Origin: an uncultured Methanosarcinales archaeon
Lineage (GTDB): Archaea; Nanobdellota; Nanobdellia; Woesearchaeales; DATDXC01
Direction of reading: 5' to 3'
Assembly: GCA_964510025.1 (NCBI GenBank)
Contig: CAZDZV010000006.1
Span: 11,143-75,142, forward strand
Length of the DNA: 64,000 bases
The notes beneath the pieces are model-generated. The model had not been told where the DNA came from, ran no database searches, and was given only the letters and a program-made list of their open reading frames with translations. Made by a program: the position numbers and the translations under genes. Positions 8,005-17,069 of the stretch are shown in pieces; the stretch's first letter is position 1; each line of letters opens with the position of its first letter.

Positions 8005-9669
8005 ATGAAAAAAGGAACTGTACTGCTACTAATCTTGATAGTAAGCTCTTTTGCTAGCTTGGCAGATGAAGTCCTCATAAATTCCAAAGACTGGAAAGAT
8101 GTATACTCGGGCATGCAGTACGGATTTCTTTCCGGCAAAACGCCAAAATTCATAACAGGAGAAAAGCATGCCACCGTAATACTTAATGAGATCCGAAAGC
8201 AGGGCAACTTCATTGAGGTATACAGCTCACGGGACAAGCCTTTTATTATCGGTTATGAGTCGCTGCTTCTGTCAGAAGGCTATGATGCAGCCGAGACTAC
8301 ATCAAGATCATTGAGTATAGAACTCGCAAAAAAGCTTACGAATGTCACACGATTCATAATCATAGACGATTCCTACGGCTATAATGCAGTCGCAGCTTCT
8401 CCTTATGCGATGGTCACAGATGCGTATGTTCTTTTTGCAGACCGTAGCAACATTGGAGAGATTGTCAATTTCCTCGAAAGCCGTACTGTATCTTATCTAA
8501 TGATCTACGGGCACGTGGATAGGGAAGTCAGGGAAAGGCTTGCGAAGTTTAATCCTGAAGTGATAAACAATGACGGCGACAGGTTTGAGAATAATATTGA
8601 CATTGTAGAAAAATACAAGGAAGTTGAATCTACCAGGCAGGTTATCCTTACAAACGGTGAGTTCCTGGAAGGGGAGATACTGTCTGGAAACTTCCCGGTG
8701 CTGTTCATAGGGCAGAACAATGTGCCTGAAAAGATAAGGGAATATATCGTCAATAGTGATATAGAGGTCGGTGTCCTGATAGGGAACGATCTTGTTGGCA
8801 CAGCGAGCGTGGTAAGGAGACAGACAGGCATCAGCACATTTGTTAAATTTGCAAGGTCAGCCAGGCAACCACAGGGTGCAATCTCCCAGGTTGAGGGCCT
8901 GGACATATTCAGGGTTCCCAGATATGAGCTAAGCCTGAGCATCGATTCAGTAAGGTATAATGCAGCCGCAAGGCAGCTTGAGGTTTCGATAAAGAATGAT
9001 GTGGACCTTTCGACGTATCTGAGGGGGACATACACTCTCACCAGCGGAGACCAGGAGCAGACTGTAGGGGATGTCGATCCTGTTTTCTTGGAAGGCCAAG
9101 ATACAAAGACAGTTGTCTATGATATTGATCCGATAGCTGGTGAAGAGGACATAACAGCAAGAGTTTTCATAATCTATGGGGAATCCAAAGGTTCTCTAGA
9201 AAGGATATTGGAAGGGACCTACCCTGTAGACAGGATAGATGTGCTTGATGACACCTCTGTCACCATACAAAAAGTAGTCTACAACAAAGGGAACGACAAG
9301 TTCCATATCTATCTCACAAATGCTGGGGATATACCAGCTTACGCAGATACCGAGATCATAGACCTCCTTATAATAGATGAAAGGCAGACTTTTGGCTCAG
9401 ATGAAGTGATAAAGATAATGCCTGGAAGAACCAGGGCTTCTACAATTAAGGTTGAGCTGGCAGATGAGGACTTGGAGAACAATGAGATAGTGAGAGCCAG
9501 AGCTTATTACGGCCAGAGGGAGGATGCTCTTGTCAAGATCGTTGAAGGTGATTTTGAGCTGGTTATAAAAGCCTTTGATATAATGACATACTTGCCAGTA
9601 GCCCTCATCCTAGTGCTACTAATCTTGATATTGCTGGCCAGAAAGAAAAAGAAGAAAAAGAAATTCTAA
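8005..9669 (+). CDS. Secreted, C-terminally anchored surface protein (signal peptide; C-terminal TM helix plus KKKKKKK tail)
   Basis: MKKGTVLLLILIVSSFASLA signal. C-terminus YLPVALILVLLILILLARKKKKKKKF. SD-like GGGGGT 7 nt upstream of the ATG. Confidence 0.7.
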   Translation: MKKGTVLLLILIVSSFASLADEVLINSKDWKDVYSGMQYGFLSGKTPKFITGEKHATVILNEIRKQGNFIEVYSSRDKPFIIGYESLLLSEGYDAAETTSRSLSIELAKKLTNVTRFIIIDDSYGYNAVAASPYAMVTDAYVLFADRSNIGEIVNFLESRTVSYLMIYGHVDREVRERLAKFNPEVINNDGDRFENNIDIVEKYKEVESTRQVILTNGEFLEGEILSGNFPVLFIGQNNVPEKIREYIVNSDIEVGVLIGNDLVGTASVVRRQTGISTFVKFARSARQPQGAISQVEGLDIFRVPRYELSLSIDSVRYNAAARQLEVSIKNDVDLSTYLRGTYTLTSGDQEQTVGDVDPVFLEGQDTKTVVYDIDPIAGEEDITARVFIIYGESKGSLERILEGTYPVDRIDVLDDTSVTIQKVVYNKGNDKFHIYLTNAGDIPAYADTEIIDLLIIDERQTFGSDEVIKIMPGRTRASTIKVELADEDLENNEIVRARAYYGQREDALVKIVEGDFELVIKAFDIMTYLPVALILVLLILILLARKKKKKKKF

Positions 9670-9710
9670 AAAGGTAAACTATTTAAACATATCAGCAACT
9701 TTAGAGGTAG

Positions 9711-9986
9711 GTGAAGACTATGGCAAAGAAAAAGAAAGAAAACGCCCCCCAGAGTGTTAGCAAAGAGGAGCAGATCGGTTTTCATAAGGGCGCTTTATCC
9801 ACATTAGCTAAAGAAAGGGAAGAGATGATGAGGATATTGCAGATTGTTGAGCAGCTTATGCAGATGCACATTAAAGGGTTGAAGGATTTGGGAATAGACT
9901 TAGAGGCAGCTGCAAAAAAAAACCAGAAACAGTCTGAAAAGAAGCCAAAGGAGCCTAAGAAACCCATAGAGGATATGCTTAGATGA
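9711..9986 (+). CDS. Small Lys-rich helical protein, hypothetical
   Basis: 91-aa ORF, 4-nt overlap with the next gene; contains an A9 tract. Confidence 0.45.
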   Translation: MKTMAKKKKENAPQSVSKEEQIGFHKGALSTLAKEREEMMRILQIVEQLMQMHIKGLKDLGIDLEAAAKKNQKQSEKKPKEPKKPIEDMLR

Positions 9987-10378
9987 TTTTTTATGCATTT
10001 GGCCATCCAAAAATTAGCGCTAAGCATAGGACCACCCTGGAGTTCACCAAAAGCCCAAGCCTGACAAAAGCAGGAGACTGTATTCTTGGGGTAAATTCTG
10101 ATTTTGACCCAGATAGCTTAATAAGATTCATCCAGAACAGAAAAATCCTAAGCATGGCTATATCTGCTGGCCAGATATCTGATGAGCTTACTTTCACCGT
10201 AAACCCAGGTTTTAGAAGCAGAGAAGAGCTGGTAATAAGGAAAAGTGATTTTATCTCAGAACGGACCTTAGGCACCAATGCCGATAAAGCCTGCACCGAT
10301 ATAAACAGGGATTTGATCAAAAAATTAAGGAATAAAGAAAAAATCAAGATACAGCTGTATGAAAAAGACGCTAAGTAA
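9983..10378 (+). CDS. Conserved archaeal protein, DUF371-like
   Basis: GHPKISAKHRTTLEFTK...GDCILGV...LVIRKSDFISERTLG..ADKA pattern recalled from the archaeal DUF371 family. Confidence 0.45.
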   Translation: MIFYAFGHPKISAKHRTTLEFTKSPSLTKAGDCILGVNSDFDPDSLIRFIQNRKILSMAISAGQISDELTFTVNPGFRSREELVIRKSDFISERTLGTNADKACTDINRDLIKKLRNKEKIKIQLYEKDAK

Positions 10379-10811
10379 AAAAGATAAAAAAGAGATAAAT
10401 GAGAGGATAAGACAGTACAATTACCAGATAGACAAGAAACAGAAAGCTGATATTCTAGATGACAGGATCCTGGTCGAAGATGAGGCTTTGCTCTTTCGCA
10501 AAGACAGCGATATTTACCCCACCTTAAGGCTGATCCTCAAACAGGATACAAAGCTGAAGAAGATTACAGTGGATATGGGCGCTATCAGGTTTATCGCAGA
10601 TGGTGCAGATATCATGCGTCCCGGAATCGTGCATATTGAACCAGGAATCCAGAAAGGGGATCCTGTCGTTATAGTGGACATCGAACATGAGAAGCCATTT
10701 GCGCTTGGGATCTCTCTTCATAGTTCAGAGGATATGCAGAAAACGCAATCCGGAAAAGCGATCAAAAATATCCATTATGTGGGAGACGATATCTGGAACA
10801 CTAGTCACTAG
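10359..10811 (+). CDS. PUA-domain RNA-binding protein (DUF1947+PUA type)
   Basis: C-terminal IADGADIMRPGIVHIE...GDPVVIVDIEHEKPFALGISL matches the PUA consensus. Confidence 0.65.
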   Translation: MKKTLSKKDKKEINERIRQYNYQIDKKQKADILDDRILVEDEALLFRKDSDIYPTLRLILKQDTKLKKITVDMGAIRFIADGADIMRPGIVHIEPGIQKGDPVVIVDIEHEKPFALGISLHSSEDMQKTQSGKAIKNIHYVGDDIWNTSH

Positions 10812-11262
10812 CTTTTATTCTTCTTGTTTTGGGGACATAGTTCAGCAGTTTATCTCCCGCAATCTTGCCGCACCCTAGGAAGTCATCCTTGTTTCTAACC
10901 AGCACGAATCCTGTCAGGCTGCCTTTATATTCCAGGTCATAGCCTTTGAGCCATTCTCGGGACTTTTTCTCATCCAGTTCAAGAATATTTTTGCATGCGC
11001 ATGGGCCTATGAGCTGGCTTCCTTCTATGCTAAGCCTTACCTGATCTTCTCTAAGTTCTGCGATATATAGTCCATAAGAATTTACTCTTAGTTTAGACAG
11101 ATCAATTTTTTTTACGTCCTCATTCACGATATATATCTTGTCCTTCTGGCTCAGCAGGAAGACATAATCAAGATCCTCCTCGAAGCCAAATTGCCTCCTG
11201 AATATCCCTAGAATGCCCTGTTTTTCCTTGTTGTTGAGTATCTTAAGCTTCATATTCCCCAT
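10801..11262 (-). CDS. Nip7-like (UPF0113) ribosome-biogenesis protein with a C-terminal PUA-like domain
   Basis: ~150-aa archaeal-sized ORF. GFVLVRNKDDFLGCGKIAGDKLLNYVP is PUA-like. 13-nt overlap with the aIF5B stop. Confidence 0.45.
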   Translation of the reverse strand: MGNMKLKILNNKEKQGILGIFRRQFGFEEDLDYVFLLSQKDKIYIVNEDVKKIDLSKLRVNSYGLYIAELREDQVRLSIEGSQLIGPCACKNILELDEKKSREWLKGYDLEYKGSLTGFVLVRNKDDFLGCGKIAGDKLLNYVPKTRRIKASD

Positions 11263-13007
11263 ACAGGATTGTTCTTTCTCTTCATCTGCGAGATTTCCTT
11301 CAGCAGCTCGATCTCTTCCTTGGACAAGTACTGCTTCAGCTCCTTCATCTTTCTGAAATCGTCTTCAGGTATGTCTGAATAGAGGATATCCCCCTCATTG
11401 ATCTGCCTTCCTACTGTAACTCCGTCCACAGATATGGCTATCTGCTGGTTCCTCTCTGCCACCCTTATGTTTTCCTGGTCTTTCTGCATGGCTTTTATCT
11501 CTCCGATGGTCCGCCCGTCCTCTTTCATTATGGGGGTGCCTATTCTAAGCTTGCCCGCTATGATATCTACCCCGCATATTGCTGGGTTGGACTGTCTGAA
11601 TACATAGCCTTTCATCAGCTGTAGCTTGGCAGGCCTTACCAGCTCATCAAGCTGTCCGGCCTCTAATCTTGTCTTTTCTTGCTGCTGCCATTTTTCTAGA
11701 TCTTCGATAAGCTTGTAGATTACGTCATTTGTGATTACCTTTACATTCTCCTTGCATATTCCTGAACTGTCTTCGACATTAAAGCCGAGCACGACAGAAT
11801 ACAGCGGATTTGACTCATAATTCGCCTCAGCATCTGCAAGCTCTTTTTTCTTAATAGTGCCGATGGTGGCCTTTTTTATCGGAACATCTTTGTCCCTTAG
11901 CAGTTTTATCAGCGCTTCCAGGGATCCCAGAGTATCTGCCTTGATGACAACCCCTTCCTTGTCTGTTTCAATGACAACCTCCTCAATTTCTTTTTGGACC
12001 TCCTCTTTTGCTTTATCTATGTTATCCGAAGCAGCTCTTATCGGCATTCCGGCTACTACAGCCTCCACACCAGGCGCAATTATCCTTACACCTGTAGCAG
12101 CGACCACCTCCTTCACAGGCTTGAACCTGCTTTTCCTGTCCCTCATCTCAGCCAGTGCTGCTGGCTCAAAAAGCCCCCTTACCTTGGTCACTATAGGTTC
12201 ACCCAGCGACCCGATAACGATAGTATCGTTCTTCTTCAGCGTTCCATCGTAGATTATGACATCCAGACAGGTGCCAAGCCCTTTCTGCTCTTTTACTTCC
12301 ATTATAGTGCCTTTTGCTTTGCCGCTGACATCGCACTTAAGGCAGCTCTCCAGAAATTTCTGTGCCAGTCCTGTGAGGACCATCAGAAGCTCAGCTATAC
12401 CTTCGCCTGTGTGCGCTGATGTAGGCACTATGGCTATCTGCTTGGTATAGTCATCAATCCTATCAAACCTTTCTGAGTTGAATCCAAGCTCAGATAATTT
12501 CCCCACAAGAGTGTAGATCTTGTTGTCCAGCTGCTGACGCACAGACTCTGCCTGGCTGCCTATGTTTTCAATCAAAAAATCCTTTTTTTTCTGCCAACCC
12601 GAAACAAGGTCAATCTTGTTCGCGGCGATGACAAAGGGGGTCTTATAGTTCTTCAATATCTCAATGGATTCCATTGTCTGGGGCTTGACGCCTTCATTGA
12701 TATCTACAACTAAGATAGCAATATCTGCCAGATTTCCCCCTCTTTTTCGAAGATTTGTAAAAGCTGCATGCCCCGGCGTATCGATAAACAGCAATCCCGG
12801 GATAGTAAGCTCCATCTTTAGCGAGGTCAGCAGTTTTCCGCAGATCTTTCTTATAACGTCCAAAGGGATTATGGAAGCGCCAATAGCCTGTGTGATTGCT
12901 CCTGCCTCTGCTTTTACAATAGCTGTCCCCCTGATCTGATCAAGGATGCTTGATTTTCCGTTGTCTACATGGCCCAATGTGGTGCATATTAAGCTTCTTG
13001 TTACCAT
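11250..13007 (-). CDS. infB: Translation initiation factor aIF5B (IF2 family GTPase)
   Basis: G1 GHVDNGKSS, G3 DTPGH, G4 NKID. 585 aa with the typical aIF5B domain order. Confidence 0.9.
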   Translation of the reverse strand: MVTRSLICTTLGHVDNGKSSILDQIRGTAIVKAEAGAITQAIGASIIPLDVIRKICGKLLTSLKMELTIPGLLFIDTPGHAAFTNLRKRGGNLADIAILVVDINEGVKPQTMESIEILKNYKTPFVIAANKIDLVSGWQKKKDFLIENIGSQAESVRQQLDNKIYTLVGKLSELGFNSERFDRIDDYTKQIAIVPTSAHTGEGIAELLMVLTGLAQKFLESCLKCDVSGKAKGTIMEVKEQKGLGTCLDVIIYDGTLKKNDTIVIGSLGEPIVTKVRGLFEPAALAEMRDRKSRFKPVKEVVAATGVRIIAPGVEAVVAGMPIRAASDNIDKAKEEVQKEIEEVVIETDKEGVVIKADTLGSLEALIKLLRDKDVPIKKATIGTIKKKELADAEANYESNPLYSVVLGFNVEDSSGICKENVKVITNDVIYKLIEDLEKWQQQEKTRLEAGQLDELVRPAKLQLMKGYVFRQSNPAICGVDIIAGKLRIGTPIMKEDGRTIGEIKAMQKDQENIRVAERNQQIAISVDGVTVGRQINEGDILYSDIPEDDFRKMKELKQYLSKEEIELLKEISQMKRKNNPVWGI

Positions 13008-13103
13008 GATTTTTGGATTTTTTGGTTGTTTTTAAATGTTGCTACTTTTTCCGAACATAAATCATTATATATTCAGATGCATTCGAAATATAGAGTGGTT
13101 TGC

Positions 13104-13454
13104 ATGCATTGGAAGCAGATAGCTCTTTTGGTTATGTTCGGGGTTGTAGGTGTTAATTTACTTGGAAGATCCTATATCCCCCCATTGGAAGCTGGCCAGG
13201 AGATGGAAATGTTTTTTACAGTGCGCAATCCGACAAAGTATGATCTTGAGGATCTAAATGTCAAGGTGCACATCTATGATCTAGGGTTGACGCTTTTTTC
13301 AAATGAATTTCACTTAAATGACGAAACGCATAAGCTTGTCAGGATCAGCTGGATAGCACCCTCAAGGCTTGGCAAAGGCAGCTACCTTGCTAGAATTTCC
13401 GTTGGAAATGACCATCTTAAGGATATAAACCATGTCTCCCTTACTGCAAATTGA
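13104..13454 (+). CDS. Small membrane-anchored or secreted hypothetical protein (start uncertain; ORF opens at 13026)
   Basis: MHWKQIALLVMFGVVGVNLL hydrophobic N-terminus followed by a beta-rich domain. Confidence 0.35.
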   Translation: MHWKQIALLVMFGVVGVNLLGRSYIPPLEAGQEMEMFFTVRNPTKYDLEDLNVKVHIYDLGLTLFSNEFHLNDETHKLVRISWIAPSRLGKGSYLARISVGNDHLKDINHVSLTAN

Positions 13455-13489
13455 AAAGTTTTTTATTGTGATTTCTTTTTCTGGTTTTT

Positions 13490-14488
13490 ATGCAGGAAGG
13501 AAAGGCAAAGATCTCCTATAAGCCTGGAAAGATAAGCAAAGCAATGGAAGTGTTCTATAACCCTGTTATGAGACTAAATAGGGACATAACCATTTTGCTG
13601 CTTAGCTGCATCAAAGAAAGCAACCTTGCTGTCGCAGACCCCTTGGCAGGAACAGGAATACGGAGTATAAGGCTCATGTTGGAGCTGAAAAGAAAGATCA
13701 AAAGCATCTTTATAAATGATAATTCAGAAAAAGCTGTAAGATGCATAAGAAAAAACCTTAAAATAAATAAAATTAAGGAGGGTGTGGTTGTGTCAAACCA
13801 GGACGCAAACCTTTTTCTGCTGAATTCACAAGGATTTGACTTTATTGATATAGACCCCTTCGGAACGCCTAACCCTTATCTTGATTCGGCAGTTAAGAGA
13901 ATATCAAGAAAAGGCATCATGGCTGTGACTGCAACTGATACCTCAGCTCTTGCAGGGACATACCCCAAGGCATGCCTTAGAAAATATTGGGCGCATCCCT
14001 TGAGAAATGAGCTTATGCATGAGGTTGGCATTAGGATACTGATAAGAAAAGTGCAGCTGGTTGGCGCCCAGTATGATAAGGCCATGATACCTATTTTCTC
14101 CTATTCCAAGGACCATTATATGAGGATATTTCTTCGGTGCAATAAAGGAAAGGGCCACGTGGATAGCCTTCTTAGTGAGCATGGACTCTTCAGAAAGGCA
14201 GGGCCATTGTGGCTTGGTAAGCTTTGGGACAGCAGGCTGGCATCAAAGATGTACAGGAACAATAGTGTTGATGAAAATAAGAGGTTCCTTGGGATAATCA
14301 AAGACGAGAGCAGAATTGACACTGTTGGATTCATTGATACCCATAGGATCGCTAAGCAGGTACCTAGGAAATCAGAGATGATCAATAAGATAAAGGGCCT
14401 TGGCTTCAAAGCTTCTGAAACACATTTTAGCGATACAGGGATAAGGACAGATATCGATTTTGACAGGATTATCCAACTGCTCTCCTGA
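13490..14488 (+). CDS. trm1: tRNA (guanine26-N2)-dimethyltransferase Trm1
   Basis: FYNPVMRLNRD, DPLAGTGIRSIR, ..TATDT.. and ATD-containing motifs characteristic of the TRM family. Confidence 0.8.
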   Translation: MQEGKAKISYKPGKISKAMEVFYNPVMRLNRDITILLLSCIKESNLAVADPLAGTGIRSIRLMLELKRKIKSIFINDNSEKAVRCIRKNLKINKIKEGVVVSNQDANLFLLNSQGFDFIDIDPFGTPNPYLDSAVKRISRKGIMAVTATDTSALAGTYPKACLRKYWAHPLRNELMHEVGIRILIRKVQLVGAQYDKAMIPIFSYSKDHYMRIFLRCNKGKGHVDSLLSEHGLFRKAGPLWLGKLWDSRLASKMYRNNSVDENKRFLGIIKDESRIDTVGFIDTHRIAKQVPRKSEMINKIKGLGFKASETHFSDTGIRTDIDFDRIIQLLS

Positions 14489-14747
14489 CATCGATAATCT
14501 CTGCAGAATTAACTCCCTCTAAATCTGAGATCTGTTCTGCAACAGGGTCGGGGCTTCCTTTCTGCTCATCCATCACAAAGAAAATCTTCAAAGCCTTAAG
14601 ACCGAAAGCAACCGGTTCTATCTCTGTTTTTGTCTCCCCTTCACCTGCAAATTCAGCAATCTTGGCCTTTGCTTTGGTCTCAACCTTAGAAAGATCGATT
14701 TCAGGTGACTGGGGCATTATCTTGACAGTTACAATCGCATTTGCCAT
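14469..14747 (-). CDS. ef1b: Elongation factor 1-beta (aEF-1beta)
   Basis: MANAIVTVKIMPQSPEIDLSKV... the archaeal EF1B N-terminus; 92 aa. Confidence 0.85.
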   Translation of the reverse strand: MANAIVTVKIMPQSPEIDLSKVETKAKAKIAEFAGEGETKTEIEPVAFGLKALKIFFVMDEQKGSPDPVAEQISDLEGVNSAEIIDVRRAVG

Positions 14748-14748
14748 C

Positions 14749-14916
14749 TTAGTTCGGACCAGTAAAGCCGCAAGAAGGGCATGTATATTTAGCAGATATG
14801 GATCTGCAGTGCTTGCACCTTATTACCTCATGCTTGCCGCATTTAGGGCAGGGAAACCTTGCTGTGCCTTCAAGATTGGTGATTCTCACCCTGCATGAAG
14901 AGCATTTTAATTCCAT
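14749..14916 (-). CDS. Zn-ribbon protein (COG2888-type, translation-associated); not in the supplied ORF track
   Basis: Hand translation gives MELKCSSCRVRITNLEGTARFPCPKCGKHEVIRCKHCRSISAKYTCPSCGFTGPN: four CxxC pairs, stop 1 nt before the ef1b start. This is the gene order conserved in archaea. Confidence 0.7.
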   Translation of the reverse strand: MELKCSSCRVRITNLEGTARFPCPKCGKHEVIRCKHCRSISAKYTCPSCGFTGPN

Positions 14917-14939
14917 GATGCTTAGGACTCTGCCTCGCT

Positions 14940-15980
14940 TTAAAAAGGTTTTGTTTCGATAATATTTTCTTTTACAGAAATCTTTCTTCCCAAAAACCTT
15001 TCACAGACATATATGTTGGTAAGGGTATGGTCTGATACCTGTGATACCTTTATCCTTTGGCCTTTTAATGCCAAAAAAGGGATTAGGTTGTCTGCAAGAT
15101 GCTGATCAACCGGAGCTTTGCTCTCAATTTCTTTCAATAGCATCTCTGCAGCTTCCTTACCCACATCTTCAGCTCTCTTTCCCTTTTCACCCAGGGAATC
15201 TGACCCTATCCTGACAGGATTTTCATAGTCTATCTCTTCAGCATCTTTTGAGAAGATAGCCCATAGTGTGATGCCAGAGCCTGTAGACTCAGTGTTGCAG
15301 TATTCCGCCCTTATCTCCACAGGACATGACAGCTTGCTGAGCAGAAGCTTCGCAGTTCTTGCCTGCCTTTCGGCGACCTGTGCTTTTTGCAGTTCAAGCG
15401 AAGCATGAGATATGCCTTTTATCTGTATTAGCCTGCCCTGCTCTACTAGATCTATCTTTTTGTCTGACTCTTTTGGTTTTATCTTGAGGTCTATCCTGCC
15501 GCCTCCTTTCGGATAATACCCGCGTCTTATGATGCGGGAATCAATCGCTGCATATTTCAGCAGATGCACCAAAAAAACATTCTTGAAATAATCAAAAGGA
15601 ATGGCCCATCTTGTATCTGTGCCCCCGGTTATCTTGAGCCTGGATGGTCTTTTGGCTAGCACCAATGGCAGCACTATCGACTGGAGCAGAAGGCTTACCG
15701 AACCTGCAGTGCCGATATCAATAGACAAGTTTTGCGGCTTTATCGCCCCCGGTATATACCTTAATTTCAGGGACCCTACTTCTCCTCCCCCTGCCTTGGC
15801 TCCGGCAAGCATTTCAAGGGCTTTTATGCAATGGCTGTGCTGGGCCTTTAGCCCCGGGTTGGCCCTGCCCTGCCTTATGTTCTTTATCTCAAATGGTTTT
15901 CCGGTCATCGTAGACAATGCCAGCGCAGTCCTTACGATCTGCCCGCCTCCTTCGCCATAGCTGCCGTCTATTTCAATCAT
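14940..15980 (-). CDS. rtcA: RNA 3'-terminal phosphate cyclase RtcA (start set at the internal MIEIDGSYGEGGGQ; ORF extends to 16019)
   Basis: MIEIDGSYGEGGGQIVRTALALS and the cyclase family pattern; key His lies in the ...QHSH region. Confidence 0.85.
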   Translation of the reverse strand: MIEIDGSYGEGGGQIVRTALALSTMTGKPFEIKNIRQGRANPGLKAQHSHCIKALEMLAGAKAGGGEVGSLKLRYIPGAIKPQNLSIDIGTAGSVSLLLQSIVLPLVLAKRPSRLKITGGTDTRWAIPFDYFKNVFLVHLLKYAAIDSRIIRRGYYPKGGGRIDLKIKPKESDKKIDLVEQGRLIQIKGISHASLELQKAQVAERQARTAKLLLSKLSCPVEIRAEYCNTESTGSGITLWAIFSKDAEEIDYENPVRIGSDSLGEKGKRAEDVGKEAAEMLLKEIESKAPVDQHLADNLIPFLALKGQRIKVSQVSDHTLTNIYVCERFLGRKISVKENIIETKPF

Positions 15981-16149
15981 GCGAATATAGAATTGATAAG
16001 GATTTAAATATCTTGCCAATAAAAAAAATAAGAAAAAATAAAAAAAATCTATGTGAGGAACTTTGGTTCTCTCACCTCAGATAGCCAAATTTAGGTGTTA
16101 ATAGCTTAAAAAGCGTAGTTTATTTATAAATACGCTTATATTTGCCAAA

Positions 16150-16218
16150 ATTTAAAGCTTTATATAGCCTCCTAAAGCTTTATAAAAGATAATTTAGCCC
16201 TTTAAAACTTTATATATG
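16150..16218 (+). promoter_or_regulatory. Three direct repeats of a BRE/TATA-like element (T)AAAGCTTTATA(T/A) upstream of 16287
   Basis: ttaaagctttatata (16152), taaagctttataaaa (16173), ttaaaactttatatat (16202). Confidence 0.45.
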
Positions 16219-16286
16219 CATTATTGACCTATATCTCTTAAGCAATATTAGAAATCTTTTTAAAGAGTAGTCAGTTAGTAGAATCC

Positions 16287-16934
16287 ATGAAGAGAATAGC
16301 TGTTTTGGCGATGCTCATATTACTCTCGCAAATGTCTTTTGGCGCTATTCTTCATGGCACAATATACGACACGAAGTTCAATAAGCTAAACGATGTTATA
16401 GTTGAGATAAATTCAACTCCCCCCCAGATCTTTGTTTCTAAAGAAGGGCAATATTCTTTTGTTCTTGACCCAGGACCATATAAGATCACCGCTAAATACC
16501 AGCTCAGTGATGCAAACTACCTTTATTCAGAGTCAAACGTGACAATCGCCAGGAATGGCTACTTTCTGGTAGACCTGTTCCTTAGGCCTGCCAGGAAGAT
16601 TGAAATGCCGACAGGAGCTGTTGTCGGAACCAACGTATTCCTAAATTATTCGATACTCGCATCGGTTAGCGTAACTCTGCTTATAATTTTGGGATTCTCA
16701 GTCTACAAGCTTCGTTCCAGCAATCCTCAAGCCCCTGAATTTGATGACTATACAAACAAGGTCCTTAATGCTGTCAGGGAAGAGGGAGGTAGGACCACCC
16801 AGAAGGACATAAGGAAAAAGATAGCATTGTCTGAAGGAAAGATAAGCCTCATAATATCTGATTTAGAGAACAAAGGGATATTGAAGAGGATCAAAAAAGG
16901 AAGGGGAAACATCATTATCTTAAGCAAGAGATAG
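16287..16934 (+). CDS. Membrane-tethered winged-helix protein: signal peptide, CarbopepD_reg-like beta-sandwich, TM helix, cytoplasmic wHTH
   Basis: GTIYDTKFNKLNDVIVEI (carboxypeptidase-regulatory-like). TM ILASVSVTLLIILGFSV. C-terminal RTTQKDIRKKIALSEGKISLIISDLENKGILKRIKKGRGN is a typical wHTH. Confidence 0.6.
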   Translation: MKRIAVLAMLILLSQMSFGAILHGTIYDTKFNKLNDVIVEINSTPPQIFVSKEGQYSFVLDPGPYKITAKYQLSDANYLYSESNVTIARNGYFLVDLFLRPARKIEMPTGAVVGTNVFLNYSILASVSVTLLIILGFSVYKLRSSNPQAPEFDDYTNKVLNAVREEGGRTTQKDIRKKIALSEGKISLIISDLENKGILKRIKKGRGNIIILSKR

Positions 16935-16990
16935 TTCTATAGAAAAGTTTATAAACAATCTAAGCTAGAGCACTTCAGAAGGGGGTTGTT

Positions 16991-17055
16991 TAATATTGTT
17001 CAACCATTTAACAATATTCAACCATTTTACAATTAAACCACAGATTTATGGTTAA
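16991..17055. promoter_or_regulatory. Compound repeat upstream of the parB-like gene: 9-bp inverted repeat AATATTGTT/AACAATATT, direct repeat TTCAACCATTT(A/T)ACAAT x2, palindrome AACCAcagatttaTGGTT
   Basis: Read directly at 16993-17053, 15-75 nt upstream of the 17070 ATG. Confidence 0.5.
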
Positions 17056-17069
17056 AAAAGTGGGTTTTT

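Noticed and set aside
14662-14898. 78-aa plus-strand ORF in the ef1b/rtcA gap
   Set aside because: It overlaps the better-supported minus-strand Zn-ribbon gene (4 CxxC pairs, conserved position next to ef1b).
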